Positions 39,246 through 50,783 of a stretch of DNA of 64,000 nucleotides are shown here, piece by piece. Location: the NCBI RefSeq assembly GCF_004010195.1, contig NC_057720.1:17828964-17892963 (forward strand), read 5' to 3'. The notes below the pieces were generated by a model. That model made no database searches, was not told the DNA's origin, and saw only the letters and a list, made by a program, of their open reading frames with translations. This stretch comes from Chiloscyllium plagiosum. Taxonomy: Eukaryota. The translations under genes were made by a program, and so were the position numbers. The stretch's first letter is position 1; every line of letters starts with the position of its first letter.

Positions 39246-40429
39246 TAATACCATTGAATGCCAAGGGGCGATGGTTAGATTGTCTCTTATTGATGATGGT
39301 CATAGTCTGGCATTTGTGATGCCAATGTTTCTTGCCTTGTCAGCCCAAGCCTGGATATTGTCCAGATTTCATTGCATTTGAACATGGACTGCTTCAGTAT
39401 CTGAGGTATCATGAATGGTGCTGAAGATTGTTGCCGAACATTCTGGCTTCTGACCTTATGATGAAGCGAAGGTGATGAAGCAGCTTCGGATGGTTGGGCC
39501 AAGGACATTATCCTGAGGAATTCCTGCTGAGTTGACTGACCTCCAACAACCACAATCATCTTCCTATGTGTCAGGTATGATTCCAACCACAGGAGAGTTT
39601 GCCCCAATACCATAGATTCCAGTTTTGTGAGGGTTCCTTGATGCCACACTCAGTCAAATGCAGGCCATGATGTTACCACACCTCTGGTAACCATGTTTGG
39701 ATCAAGTCTGTAATGAGGGCTGGAGCTGAGTGGTCCTGGTGGAACCCAAACTGGGTGTCACTGAGCAGGTTATAGCTGAGCAGATGCTGCTTGGTAGCAC
39801 CGTTGATGACATCTTCCATCACTTTACTAACGATCGAGCAGAGACTGATAGTGGGGGGGTATTTGGCTGGGATGAATTTGTCCTGCGTTTTTGTACAGGA
39901 CATACTTGGGCAATTTTCCCACATTGTCTGGTAGATGTTGTAGCTATACTGGAGCAGCTTGACTAGGGGAGTGGCATGTTCTGGAGCACAAGTCTTCAGT
40001 ACAATTACTGGAATGTTATCAGGCCCATAGCCTTTGCAGTATCCAGTGTCTCCAACTATTTCTTGATGTCACATGGAGTGAATTGAATTGGCTGAAGACT
40101 GGCATCTGTGATGTTAGTGATCACTGGAGGAGGCCGAGATGGATCATCCACTCGGCAAAAGCTTCAGCCTTATCTTTTGCACAGATATGCTGGGCTGTTC
40201 CATCATTGAGGATGGGGATATTTGTGGATCCATCTCCTACAGTGAATCGTTTAATCATCCACCACCATTTGCAACTGGATGTGGCATGACTGCAGAGCTT
40301 AGATCCGGTCCTTTGATTGCAGGATCATTTACCTCTGTCTATCATTTGCTGCTTATGCTGTTTGGCATGCAATCAGTCCTGTTTGGTGGCTTCACCACTT
40401 TTTTTTATCACTTTCAACTTTTTTGTTCC

Positions 40430-40800
40430 TCTTTCCCTATCTCTCTTCTAGTTCTACCCCTTTCTCTCACTACTGGTCTTCACTTTTTCATTACCTCTGT
40501 CTTCCTTTTTAACATTTGACTTCTTATTTGGTCATTCTCCCATTTTTCCACATTTCCACCAATATAACTTTTTTTTGCACTCCCTCTTTTTTCCTGCCCT
40601 CCCATTCCCTTTGTTCCTATTTCTCATTCTCGCTTGCTCTTCCCTCTGTCATTTTTTAGTTCTGTATACTTCCCATTTTGATTTGGTCAATCTCTTCCTC
40701 ATACCCTACACACACCCTTTCTGCTTCTCTGAAACGTCTCCATCTTTCTCAGTCTCCTGCATCATCATCTATATCACAAACTGCATCCTTTTTCCTTTGC
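40430..40800. repeat. Pyrimidine-rich low-complexity tract
   Basis: Strong C/T bias on the + strand. Confidence 0.6.
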
Positions 40801-41582
40801 AGCATCGCTGGAGAAGGTTCAGAAGAGATTTAGATTAGATTAAATTCCCTACAGTGAGGAAACAGGCCCTTCGGCCCGACAAGTCCACACTGACCCTCCG
40901 AAGAGTAACCCACCCAAACCAGTTTCCCTCTGACTAATGCAATTAACACCTATAGGCAATTTAGCATGGCCAATTCACCTGACTTGCACATCTTTGGACT
41001 GTGGGAGAAAACCAGAGCACCCGGAGGAAACCCACGCAGACAGTCGCCGGAGGCTGGAATCAAACCTGGGTCCCTGGTGCTGTGAGGCAGCAGTGCTAAC
41101 CACTGAGCCACCGTGCCGCCCCAGGATGTTACTAGGAATGGAGGATTCGAGTTAAAAGGAGAGACTGGATAGGCTGGGACTTTTCTCACTGGAGCATAGG
41201 AAATTGAAGAGTGACCTTATAGAGGCTTATAAAATCATGAGTATAGATAAGGTGAATGGCAGGTGTCTTTTCCCTAGGGTAGTGGATTTCAAGACTAAGG
41301 GGCATATTCTTAAGGTGAGAGGAGAAAGATTTAAACAAAGACATGGGGGGCAATTTTGTTTTTAGAGTGGTTTGTGTGTGGAATGAACTGCCAGAGGAAG
41401 TGGCGGATAGGGGTATAGTTAGAACTTTTAAAAGATATTTATGTAAGTACCTGAATAAGAATAGTTTGAAGGGATATGGGCCAAGTACAGGCAGGTGGGA
41501 CTAATTTAATTTGGGATTATGTTCAGCGCGGACTGGTTAGCCCAAAAGGTCTGTTTCCCGTGCTGTATGATTCTATGACTCT
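40800..41582 (+). mobile_element. CR1 3' end with a nested SINE
   Basis: ggttcagaagagattt|ccaggatgtt joins across the SINE; tail tatgattctatgactct. Confidence 0.85.
40828..41120 (-). mobile_element. HE1-type SINE
   Basis: Reverse strand ggggcggcacggtggctcagtggttagcactgctgcc..gggacccaggtttgattcc; (TCTAA)n tail. Confidence 0.9.
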
Positions 41583-43484
41583 AAGCTAGGAAATGGACAT
41601 TTTGTTGTTTGAAGCTTTCATTACACTTTTAATGTATTTCTAAAGCATAAGGAACCATCCCCTGGTCAGATGTTTACAAAGAAATTGCAGCAGACCCATG
41701 CAAAAGGTAAAAAGCTAAGTAGATGCCATCCAAAAGGTAAGTAGGAAATACAATAGTGAAGGACCAATCCAAGAGGCTTTGAGCAATTGACGATACAAGT
41801 GACTAAGGCCCTGAAGAGCTCCAGCTGAGGTCTTCCCTTATATGGAGAGTAGTGCAATGACAACACCTAGCTTCAGATGTCTGGAAATTCAGTGCAACGA
41901 AGTGTGTTGTATAACTTGAAGCAAATACAATTGTAATGTTGTGTAATACTTTTCTGTAACTGCAAATTGTCTCGGACCTCCTGCATTGCTAATAGGATGT
42001 TGGAGAAAATATTGTATTTTAAGGAAGTGAACACATTGTGGTAGTTGTAACAGTATGAGGATATAGTATTTCAGAACATTGGTTTTATGATTTTGAGAAT
42101 GGTTAAAGCAAATGTTAAAGGTTTGAGAAGTTGAGGTGTACTGAAAGGTGTAAGCAGTTTGGGAAAAGCAGTGTATAGCATCTGGAGAATAAATTGAGGA
42201 TTTGGAAATATGAGTGGCAATTATGATAAAGTCACTGAATAGTGAAAGGGATTTGAGAGGGTAATTATACGTCAAGGAAGAGAGTACTATAGAGTGTGAA
42301 ATGCTAAGAATTCAGATATTGAAGTGCAGATTTGTCGATTAAGTGATTGATATGTGTGAAAGGTGTTTAGTATGGGCGTAATCAAGAATTGTGTGTGAGC
42401 AACTGAGGGAGGTGTCAGTAGGTTTGGATAGTAATTAGCAGCTATTAGAGGGGTGATAGTTATTTTAGACGTTGCATAAAGGAGTAGCTTGGAGTCCAAT
42501 AATGGGAAAACTGGTTGTCAGGTGACAGTGAGCTTTATTGGAGAGCTGAAGATATGAGATTAGAGGTGACAGGTAGATTGCAAAGAGGCAACGTGTAGGG
42601 TCAGAAATAAATAGATCTGAGAAGTTAAATTGGAAAAAGGATAGATTGTATTTTATGCAAGATGGTTACTCAGAAATCAGCAGGTGAACATTAAATAGCA
42701 ATGTTATCAGCACAGTATGCTGATTTAGGATGAAAATGGGCAATTTGCAGAGATGGAAATAAGCAGATTTAGTGGTGTGAAAGGATGTCAGGGTTGCATA
42801 GTGTGATATTTTGCTTAGTCTAAGCGATCAGGAGGCTGATATTATAAATAGCATGGTATTTGTCAATCATTGAAAATTCTAGCTTCTGTTTTGCAATTGT
42901 GAAGGACCACTTCAGTTATCCAAAACTTTTTGGAGAGGCAGTGTAGCTGTATGGATGTTATCGTCAGGTTGAGATATTGTGGAAAGATGAACCCTACTGT
43001 GATCAACATACATTAAATAAACCCACAAATTATGTCACCACAAATAGTTGTGAAATAAAGGAAAAGGTGCAGATGAGAGATTGTTAATGGACACTTGGAA
43101 AAATTTGGGGGAAGGAAGAGAAACTATATCTGGATTTTTCCAGTAGAAATGCTCCTGCCCAGTGGAGAGAACCAGTAGCTAGGGTGATTTTATCTGCGGC
43201 AAAAGCAAACTGCTGCAAATCCATGTAAGTCTGAAACAAGATTAAAAGAATGTTCGGTGGAAAGATAGCAGGTCAAGCAGCATCTGGAGGAAGCCAGGGT
43301 TAAATTTCAGGTATGAAATGTTAATTCTTTTTCTCTCATCTGACCTGTTAAATGTTTCTAGTTTTTTAGATTTTGTTTCAGAGTTTGAACTGTTTTGATG
43401 CTGTAAGATAAGTAGATATCATGCTGAAAAGATTTGAATAGGAAGTTATGGTAGAGATGGAGACACTGCTGAAATGCAAGCATG

Positions 43485-43728
43485 AAAGTGAGTCCTGCAG
43501 ATGCTGGAGATCAGAGTCAAAAATCAGAGTTCAGAGTGTGGTGCTGGAAAAGCACAGCAGTTCAGGCAGCATCCAAGGAGCAAGAAAATCGATGTTTCGG
43601 GGAAAAGCCTCATTCCTTTTGCCCAAAACATCAATTCTCCTACTCCTCACATGCTGCCTGACCTGCTGTGCTTTTCCAGCACCACACTCTCAACTGATCT
43701 CAGCATCTGTAGTCCTCACTTTCACCTC
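43485..43728. mobile_element. PLE family A fold-back mini-element, 16-bp TSD
   Basis: TSD CTGAAATGCAAGCATG at 43469-43484 and 43729-43744. Confidence 0.88.
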
Positions 43729-44054
43729 CTGAAATGCAAGCATGCATTTATGGAAATTGTTGAAGAAAGGGAATTTCACTTTTTTTTTCTATATAGTGTG
43801 ATAATTAAGCTGGCCTTTAAGGGAAGGACAAAAAAAATGCCAAAAGAAAGTGAATTGCTAACAATGTTTGCTGGGATGAAAGCAAGGAAGTGTTATTGAG
43901 TAATCTGGAATGAGAATGAGTTCGTGAGCAGGAAGTTGATCTGTTTGAAAAGATGACTATAGAAAGAGTAAGGAGAATTAGAGGAGAGAAATTGCAGTGA
44001 TTTCAATTCAGAGCTGAGGTACTTTGGAAGATGGTAGAGGTGAAGAGAAGAAAG

Positions 44055-44421
44055 TGGAAAAGTGTGGCATTGGAAAAGCACAGCAGGCCATGCAGCATCC
44101 AAGGAGCGGCGGAGTTGAAGTTTCAGGCATAAACCCTTCCTCAGGAATTGGGGATGGGTTGGTTGGTGGCAGCAGCAAGGGGGCTAAAAGATAAATATGA
44201 GGGTGGAGATGGGCGGATGCCTGCCCAGCTACCTCCCCCACCCACCCCATCTTCCTATTTATCTCTCAGCCCCCTTCCCACCCACCCCTTCATTCCTGTT
44301 GAAGGGCTTATGCCTGAAACATTGACTCTCCTGCTCCTCAGATGCTGCCTGACCTGTGCTTTTCCAGAGCCACACTTTTTGACTCTGATCTCCAAAATCT
44401 GCTGTCCTCACTTTCTCTCAA
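44055..44421. mobile_element. PLE family A fold-back mini-element, 14-bp TSD
   Basis: TSD TGAAGAGAAGAAAG at 44041-44054 and 44422-44435; hammerhead-like motif in each arm. Confidence 0.85.
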
Positions 44422-44648
44422 TGAAGAGAAGAAAGCAGTCTACTGCACAGACACTCTATCACAGCAATGAGAAAATCTAGAGGATTTGAGCTTGTGTAAA
44501 TAGGAACCTGTGATGTTCTGATAGTTTGTGATTTAGGTTGAGGGAAGTATAGTACAGTAGAATTTAATGTATTCCAAATCTAACAGTTGATGTCTTCGTT
44601 TTTTACGTGTGTCAAATGCACTTGTGGTTGTGCCATTTATTTAAGAGT

Positions 44649-44972
44649 TGAGAGTGTGGTGCTGGAAAAACACAGCAGGTCAGGCAGCATCTGAGGAACA
44701 GGAAAATTGACTTTCGGACAAAAACCCTTCATAGGGAATGGGTAGTTTGGGAGTGGCAGCAAGGGGTGCTGAAAGATAAATAAGAGGGTGGGGATGCACG
44801 GAAGCCTTCCCAGCTACCTCCCCCACTCACCCCAAACTTCATTCCTGACGAAAGGCTTTAGTCGAAATATCAACTTTCCTGCTCCTCGGATGCTGCCTGA
44901 CCTGCTGTGCTTTTTCAGCGCCATACTCTTGACTCTAATCCCCAGCATCTGTAGTCCTCACTTTCATCACTG
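44649..44972. mobile_element. PLE family A fold-back mini-element
   Basis: Inverted arms; possible TSD ATT(T/C)AAGAGT at 44639-44648 and 44973-44982. Confidence 0.8.
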
Positions 44973-45284
44973 ATTCAAGAGTAAGGCAATAAATTTAGAG
45001 AGTAGGGACAAGACAGTAATGAAGAATTTTGGCTACAATGTTAGCATATATTGATGATGCTAGGATCAGATGGAAGCTCAATGCAAGTAGCCTAGCAGTG
45101 GCTAACCTGTAAGGGTAAGATACTGAAATTATGCAGGAATCTGTATTTGTACAAAAGTAAAACGTAGCATCTTGGAAAGGAAAGAGCAAGTGATAAACAC
45201 TACTCTACCCATAAATGATTCTGTCTCTGCAAGAGTAAACAATCTTCCCAAATAACTTAGAGGGTGCTTGAAAATAACTGAAAA

Positions 45285-46235
45285 TCTCACCTACCATCCC
45301 ACCAGCATCCACATCTAAAGGATCATTAGCTGTCATTTCTGTCACCTCCAGTAGGATGGTGCCATCGGACACCCATTTCCCTTCCCTTCCTTGTCAGCCT
45401 TCTGCAGGGAGCATTCCCTCCAGGACACCTTGGTCCACTCCTCTACTCTCAACATCTTCACACCCCCTCATGGCACCTTCTCATCAACCCAAGAAGGTGT
45501 TAACACCTACCCGTTTACTTCTCCCTCCTCACCCTCCAAAGGCCCAAACTCACCTCCCAGGCAAAGCAGCAATCTACCTGCATTTCACTCAGTCTAGTCT
45601 ACTGTATTTTGCAGCTCACAATGTGGTCTCCTCTGTGTTGAGGAAATGAAGCACAGAACTGGGCAAACACCTAGTTCTGTCTGCAAGAATGACCCTGAGC
45701 TTCCAGGTGCCTACCATTTCAACTCACAGTGTTCCGTGGGCATCATCTCTGTTTTGGACTTGCTGCAGTGCTCCAGCGAAAGCTCAGAGCAAACTGGAAG
45801 AGCAGCAACTCATTTTCAGCTTAGGAACCCTATAGCCTTTAGGACTCAGTCTTGAGGTCAATAATTTTAAGGCCTGAACAGCTTCTCCCATGTTCTTACC
45901 TCAAACCCCATGCAACAGGCCTTATCATCACAGGGGCTGCTAACACAATTTGTCAGCTGCTAGGTTCCCCATTAACAGCAGTTGATTATCCCAGGCTGAC
46001 CTTTACCCATTCTTTTGTCTGCCCAACATTTTTTTTTTCTCTCTCTGTGGGCCCCATCTCCACCTATGGTTTACTCCTTTGCCCTCCCCTCACCCCTGCT
46101 TTAGCATATATACCAACCCTTTTCCTAGCTATGATCAGTTCTGAAGAAGAGTTACTGAATCCAAAATGTTAATGCTGCTTTCTGTGTACAGAAGCTGTCA
46201 GATCTCATGCTTTTTTTTCCCAGCAATTTCTGTCT
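45285..46235 (+). mobile_element. PLE family C 3' portion (GIY-YIG to terminal repeat)
   Basis: SAFCREHSLQDTLVHS; PELPGAYHFNS; decayed hammerhead cagttctgaagaagag..aaaatgttaa near 46136-46172. Confidence 0.78.
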
Positions 46236-46797
46236 TTAACTGGAAATACCTACTGTTTTGAGCTTTCTAAAGGTTTCAGAATGAGCTCCTGTTTGTTGTT
46301 TGGCTCATCTTGTCTTAAGCAGCAGTTGCAAGCTTCTGTAAATCTTAGAATTTCTGGGTTCAGGAGCATAAAGAACAATGCAGCACAGGTACAGGCCCTT
46401 CAGCCTTCCAATCCTGTGCCAACACATTTTGGCCTTCTGTACTAAAATAGTCTTCACTTACAGGATCCCAAATACAGTACCTCTATTCCCTTCTTATTCA
46501 TGTATTTCTCTAGGTGTTTCTTGAATGCTGCTCTTGTGGTTGCTTCTGCCACCACCTCTGGCCGTGTGTTCCAGGCAGTCACCATCCTTTTATGTGAATA
46601 ACTTGCAGTGCACATCTTTTAAACTTCCTCCCACCACACTTTGAACCCATGTCCCCTAATTAACCCCTGCAGCCTGGGAAAAAGCCTCATAATTTCCACT
46701 CCATCCATGCCATTCACAATCTTATAAACTTCTATCAGATTGCGCCTCAACCTCCTGCATTCCACTGAAGACAAACCCAGTCTATCCAATCTTTCTA

Positions 46798-46989
46798 GGA
46801 GAAAGTGAGGACTGCAGATGCTGGAGATCAGCCCCTCCCCCAAGTCCCTCCTCCCTACCTTTTATCTTGGCCTGCTTGGCACACTTTCCTCATTCCTGAA
46901 GAAGGGCTCATGCCCGAAACGTCGATTCTCCTGCTCCTTGGATGCTGCCTGACCTGCTGCGCTTTTCCAGCAACACATTTTCAGCTCTG
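46798..46989. mobile_element. PLE family A mini-element, about 15-bp TSD
   Basis: TATC(C/A)AATCTTTCTA at 46783-46797 and 46990-47004. Confidence 0.85.
46891..46928 (+). ncRNA. Best-preserved type I hammerhead ribozyme motif, PLE family A
   Basis: CTGAAGA 46896-46902, extra A, stem II GGGC-tcat-GCCC, GAAA 46916-46919, C-GTC; predicted cut after 46923. Confidence 0.75.
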
Positions 46990-47779
46990 TATCAAATCTT
47001 TCTACACAGCTAAAATCCCCCATACCAGGCAACATCCTAGTAAACCTTTTCTGTACTCTCTCCAAAGCATCCACATCCTTCTGGTAGTGTGATGACCTGA
47101 ACTTTATGCAATATTCCAAATATGACCTAACTAAAACTCTATAAAACTACAGCATAATTTGTCTATCCTTATAATCAGTGCCTCTTGCAATGAAGTCAAG
47201 TATCCCATAGGCCTTTTTTTACTAACTTATCTACCTGTGCTGCCACCTTCAGTGATCTGTGGACCTGCACACCCACATTCCTCTGCATATCCACACTCGT
47301 AAGGGTTCTGCCATTCACTGTATAATTTCCACCTGTACTTGACCTTCCAAAATGCACACCTCACATTTGTCCAGGTTAAGCTCCATCTGCCATTTTTCTG
47401 CCAATGCCTCCAACTGATCTGTATCTTGCTGTATTCTCTGATAAGCTTCCTCACTATCTGTAACACCACCAATCTTTGAATTGTCCACAAACTTCGTAAT
47501 TAGACCAGCCACATTTTCCTCCGAATCATTTATGTAGACCACGACCAGCAGAGGTCCCAGCACTGATCCCTGTGGAACACCACTAGCACAACCCTCCATT
47601 CCTAAAAACATCTTTCCATTGTTGCCCTCTGTCTCTGATAACTAACTCTGAATCCATCTTGCTAGCTCACCCTTAATATTGTGACATCACCTTTTGTACC
47701 AGTCTGCCCTGGGGGATCTTGTCGAAGTCTTTACTGAAGTCCATGCAGACAACATCAACAACTTTTCTCTCATCAAACA

Positions 47780-50700
47780 TCTCCAGTTCCTCGGGCTGGA
47801 GAGGCCAGGAACAGGGAGATAATGAACTTGAATGTGTGGCTGGGGAACTGTGCAGGAAGCAAGGATTTAAATTCTTGGATCACTGGGGTATGTTTTGTGG
47901 TAAGCATAAATTATACAAAAGAGATGGGTTGCACCTTAATAGGTTGGGGACCAGCATTCTGGCAGGCAGGTTTGCTACTGCAACACAGCTGCATTTAAAC
48001 TAAATAGCGGGGGGAAGGGAACAAACTGGAAGTTTAAGAAGCAAATTGAAGGGAAAGTTAGAACAAGGGAAGTCAAGAAAGACAACGGTATCAATGAAGC
48101 AGAAAACTCAAAAAGGGATCATGCCGTAAGGTTGAGTGAAATAGGGGTTGATAGGAAGGATAAGGGCAGTAACAAATTAAAAATACTATGAATGCACGAA
48201 GTATTAGAAATAAGATGGATGAGCTTGAGGCTCTTTTGGAAATTGGCAGCTACGATATTGTGGGGATAACTGAGACGTGGCTTCAAGTGGACAGGGCCTG
48301 GGAAATGAATATTCAAGGCTATACGTGCTATCGTAAGAACAGACTGACGGGCAGAGGGGTTGGGGTGGCCCTGTTGGTAAAGGATGATATTCAGTCCCTT
48401 GCGCGGGGGGACGTAGAATCAGGGGATCTAGAGTCAGAATTTCTCAGCTCTATCCATACTAAGGGTAGAAAGACCCACTTGGGAGTTATCTACAGGCCCC
48501 CAAACAGTAGTATGGATGTAGGGTGTAAGTTGAATAAGGAGCTGAAATTGGCCTGTCGTGAAGATGTTACTACAGTTATGGGGGATTTCAACATGCAGGT
48601 AGACTGGGAGAATCAGGATGGTATTGAACCTCAAGAAAGAGACTTTGTGGAGTGCCTCCGAGATGTATTTTTAGAACAGCTGGTGCTGGAGCCTACCAGG
48701 GAGAAGGCAATTCTGGATCTGGTATTGTGCAACAAACCAGAATTGATCAGGGACCTCAAGTGAAGGAGCCATTAGGAGGTAGTGACCATAATACAATAAG
48801 CTTCAATCTGCAATTTGAAAGGGAGAGGGTACAATCGCTAGTGACAATATTTCAATTGAATAAAGGGAACTATGGAGCTATGAGGAAGGAGCTGGCCAAA
48901 GTTCAATAATGCAATACCCTAGCAGGGATGACAGTGGAGGAACAATGGCAGATATTTCTGGGTATAACGCAGAAGATGCAGGATCAGTTCATTTCAAAAA
49001 GGAAGAAAGATCCTATGAGGAGGCAGGGGTGGCTGTGACTGACGAGGGAAGTTAAGAAACATATAAAGTCAAGAGAAAAAGTATAACATAGCAAAGATGA
49101 GTGGGAAAATGGAGGACTGGAAAGCTTTTAAAGAACAACAAAGGATTACTAAGAAGAAGATACGCAGAGAAAAAAATGAGGTACGAAGGTAAACTGGCCC
49201 AAAATATAAAGGAGGATAGTAAGAGCTTTTTTAAGTATGTGAAAGGGAAAAAAATGGTTAAGACTAAAATTGGGCCTTTGAAGACAGAAACAGGGGAATA
49301 TGTTACAGGGAACAAAGAAATGGCAGAAGAGTTGAATTGGTACTTCAGATCTGTGTTCACTGGGGAAGACACAAGCAATCTCCCAGAGGTAACAGTGGCT
49401 GAAGGACCTGAACTGAAGGGAATTTATATTTGCTAGGAATTGGTGTTGGAGAGACTGTTAGGTCTGAAGGCTGATAAGTCCCCGGGGCCTGATGGTCTAC
49501 ATCCCAGGGTACTGAAGGAGGTGGCTCTAGATTTATGAAGGGGAAATCATGCTTGACTAATCTTTTGGAATTTTTTGAGGATGTAACTCTGAAGATGGAC
49601 AAGGGAGATCCAGTGGATGTAGTGTACCTGGACTTTCAGAAAGCCTTTGATAAAGTCCCATATAGGAGGTTAGTGAGCAAAATTAGGGCGCATGGTATTG
49701 GGGACAAAGTACTAACTTGGATTGAAAATTGGTTGGCTGAGAGAAAACAAAGAGTAGTGATAAATGGCTCCCTTTCGGAATGGCAGGCGGTGACCAGTGG
49801 GGTACCGCAGGGGTCAGTGCTGGCACCGCAGCTTATTACAATATATATTAATGATATAGAAGATGGTATTAATAATATTAGCAAATTTGCTGATGATACA
49901 AAGCTGGGTGGCAGGGTGAAATGTTAGGGGATTACAGGGTGACCTGGACAAGTTAGGTGAGTGGACAGATGCATGGCAGATGCAGTTTAATGTGGATAAA
50001 TGTATGGTTATCCACTTTGGTGGCAAGAACAGGAAGGCAGATTACTATCTAAATGGAGTCAAGTTAGGTAAAGGGGCAGTACAAAGAGATCTGGATGTTC
50101 TTGTACACCAGTCAATGAAGGCAAGCATGCAGGTACAGCAGGTAGTGAAGAAAGCTAATAGCATGCTGGCCTTCATAACAAGAGGGATTGAGTATAGAAG
50201 CAAAGAGGTTCTTCTGCAGCTGTACAGGGCCCTGGTTAGACCGCACCTGAAATATTGTGTGCAGTTCTGGTCTCCAAATTTGAGGAAAGACATTCTGGCT
50301 ATTGAGGGAGTGCTGCGTACATTCACGAGGTCAATTCCTAGAATGGCGGGACTATCTTATGTTGAAAGACTGGAGCGACTGGGCTTGTATACTCTTGAGT
50401 TTAGAAGACTGAGAGGGGATCTGATTGAGACGTATAAGATTATTAAAGGATCGGACACTCTGGAGGCAGGAAACATGTTTCTGCTGATGGGTGAGTCCCG
50501 AACCAGAGGACACAGTTTAAAAATAAGGGGTAGCCCATTTAGGACAGAGATGAGGAGAAACGTCTTCCCCTAGAGAGTGGTGGGTGTGTGGAATGCTCTG
50601 CCCGAGAAGGCAGTGGAGGCCCAGTCTCTGGATTCATTTAAGAAAGAGTTGGATAGAACTCTCAAGGATAGTGGAATCGAGGGTTATGGAGATAAGGCAG

Positions 50701-50783
50701 GAACAGGATACTGATTGAGGATGATCAGCCATGGTGGTGTAGGCTTGAAGGGCAGAATGGTCTACTCCTGCACCTATTGTCTA
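47780..50783 (+). mobile_element. Young CR1 LINE: ORF1 esterase C-terminus plus disrupted ORF2
   Basis: YKRDGLHLNRLGTSILAGRF (SGNH esterase end); NARSIRNK, ITETWL, IYRPP, GDFN (EN); [27 protein letters not shown] (RT); 3' UTR present. Confidence 0.95.

Larger units (their letters stand above)
35630..40400 (-). mobile_element. Second CR1/L2-group LINE (old host of the nest), in pieces at 35630-36020, 36986-37016, 38840-39041 and 39246-40400
   Basis: ORFs 39673..39924 (ISLCSIVSKVMEDVIN..QFGFHQDHSAPALIT), 39287..39649 (WHQGTLTKLES..WLESYL), 38769..39083 (ILGIIIDQKLNWTHQIN). Confidence 0.8.

Noticed and set aside
40575..40838. Hydrophobic ORF suggesting a membrane peptide
   Set aside because: Product of a pyrimidine-rich low-complexity tract
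43469..44982. CRISPR-like or deliberately organised array of repeated hairpins
   Set aside because: Irregular spacing, separate TSDs and eukaryotic context show independent PLE insertions
48188..50573. ORF series as a host gene or functional RT
   Set aside because: CR1 ORF2 broken by stops, frameshifts and a deletion
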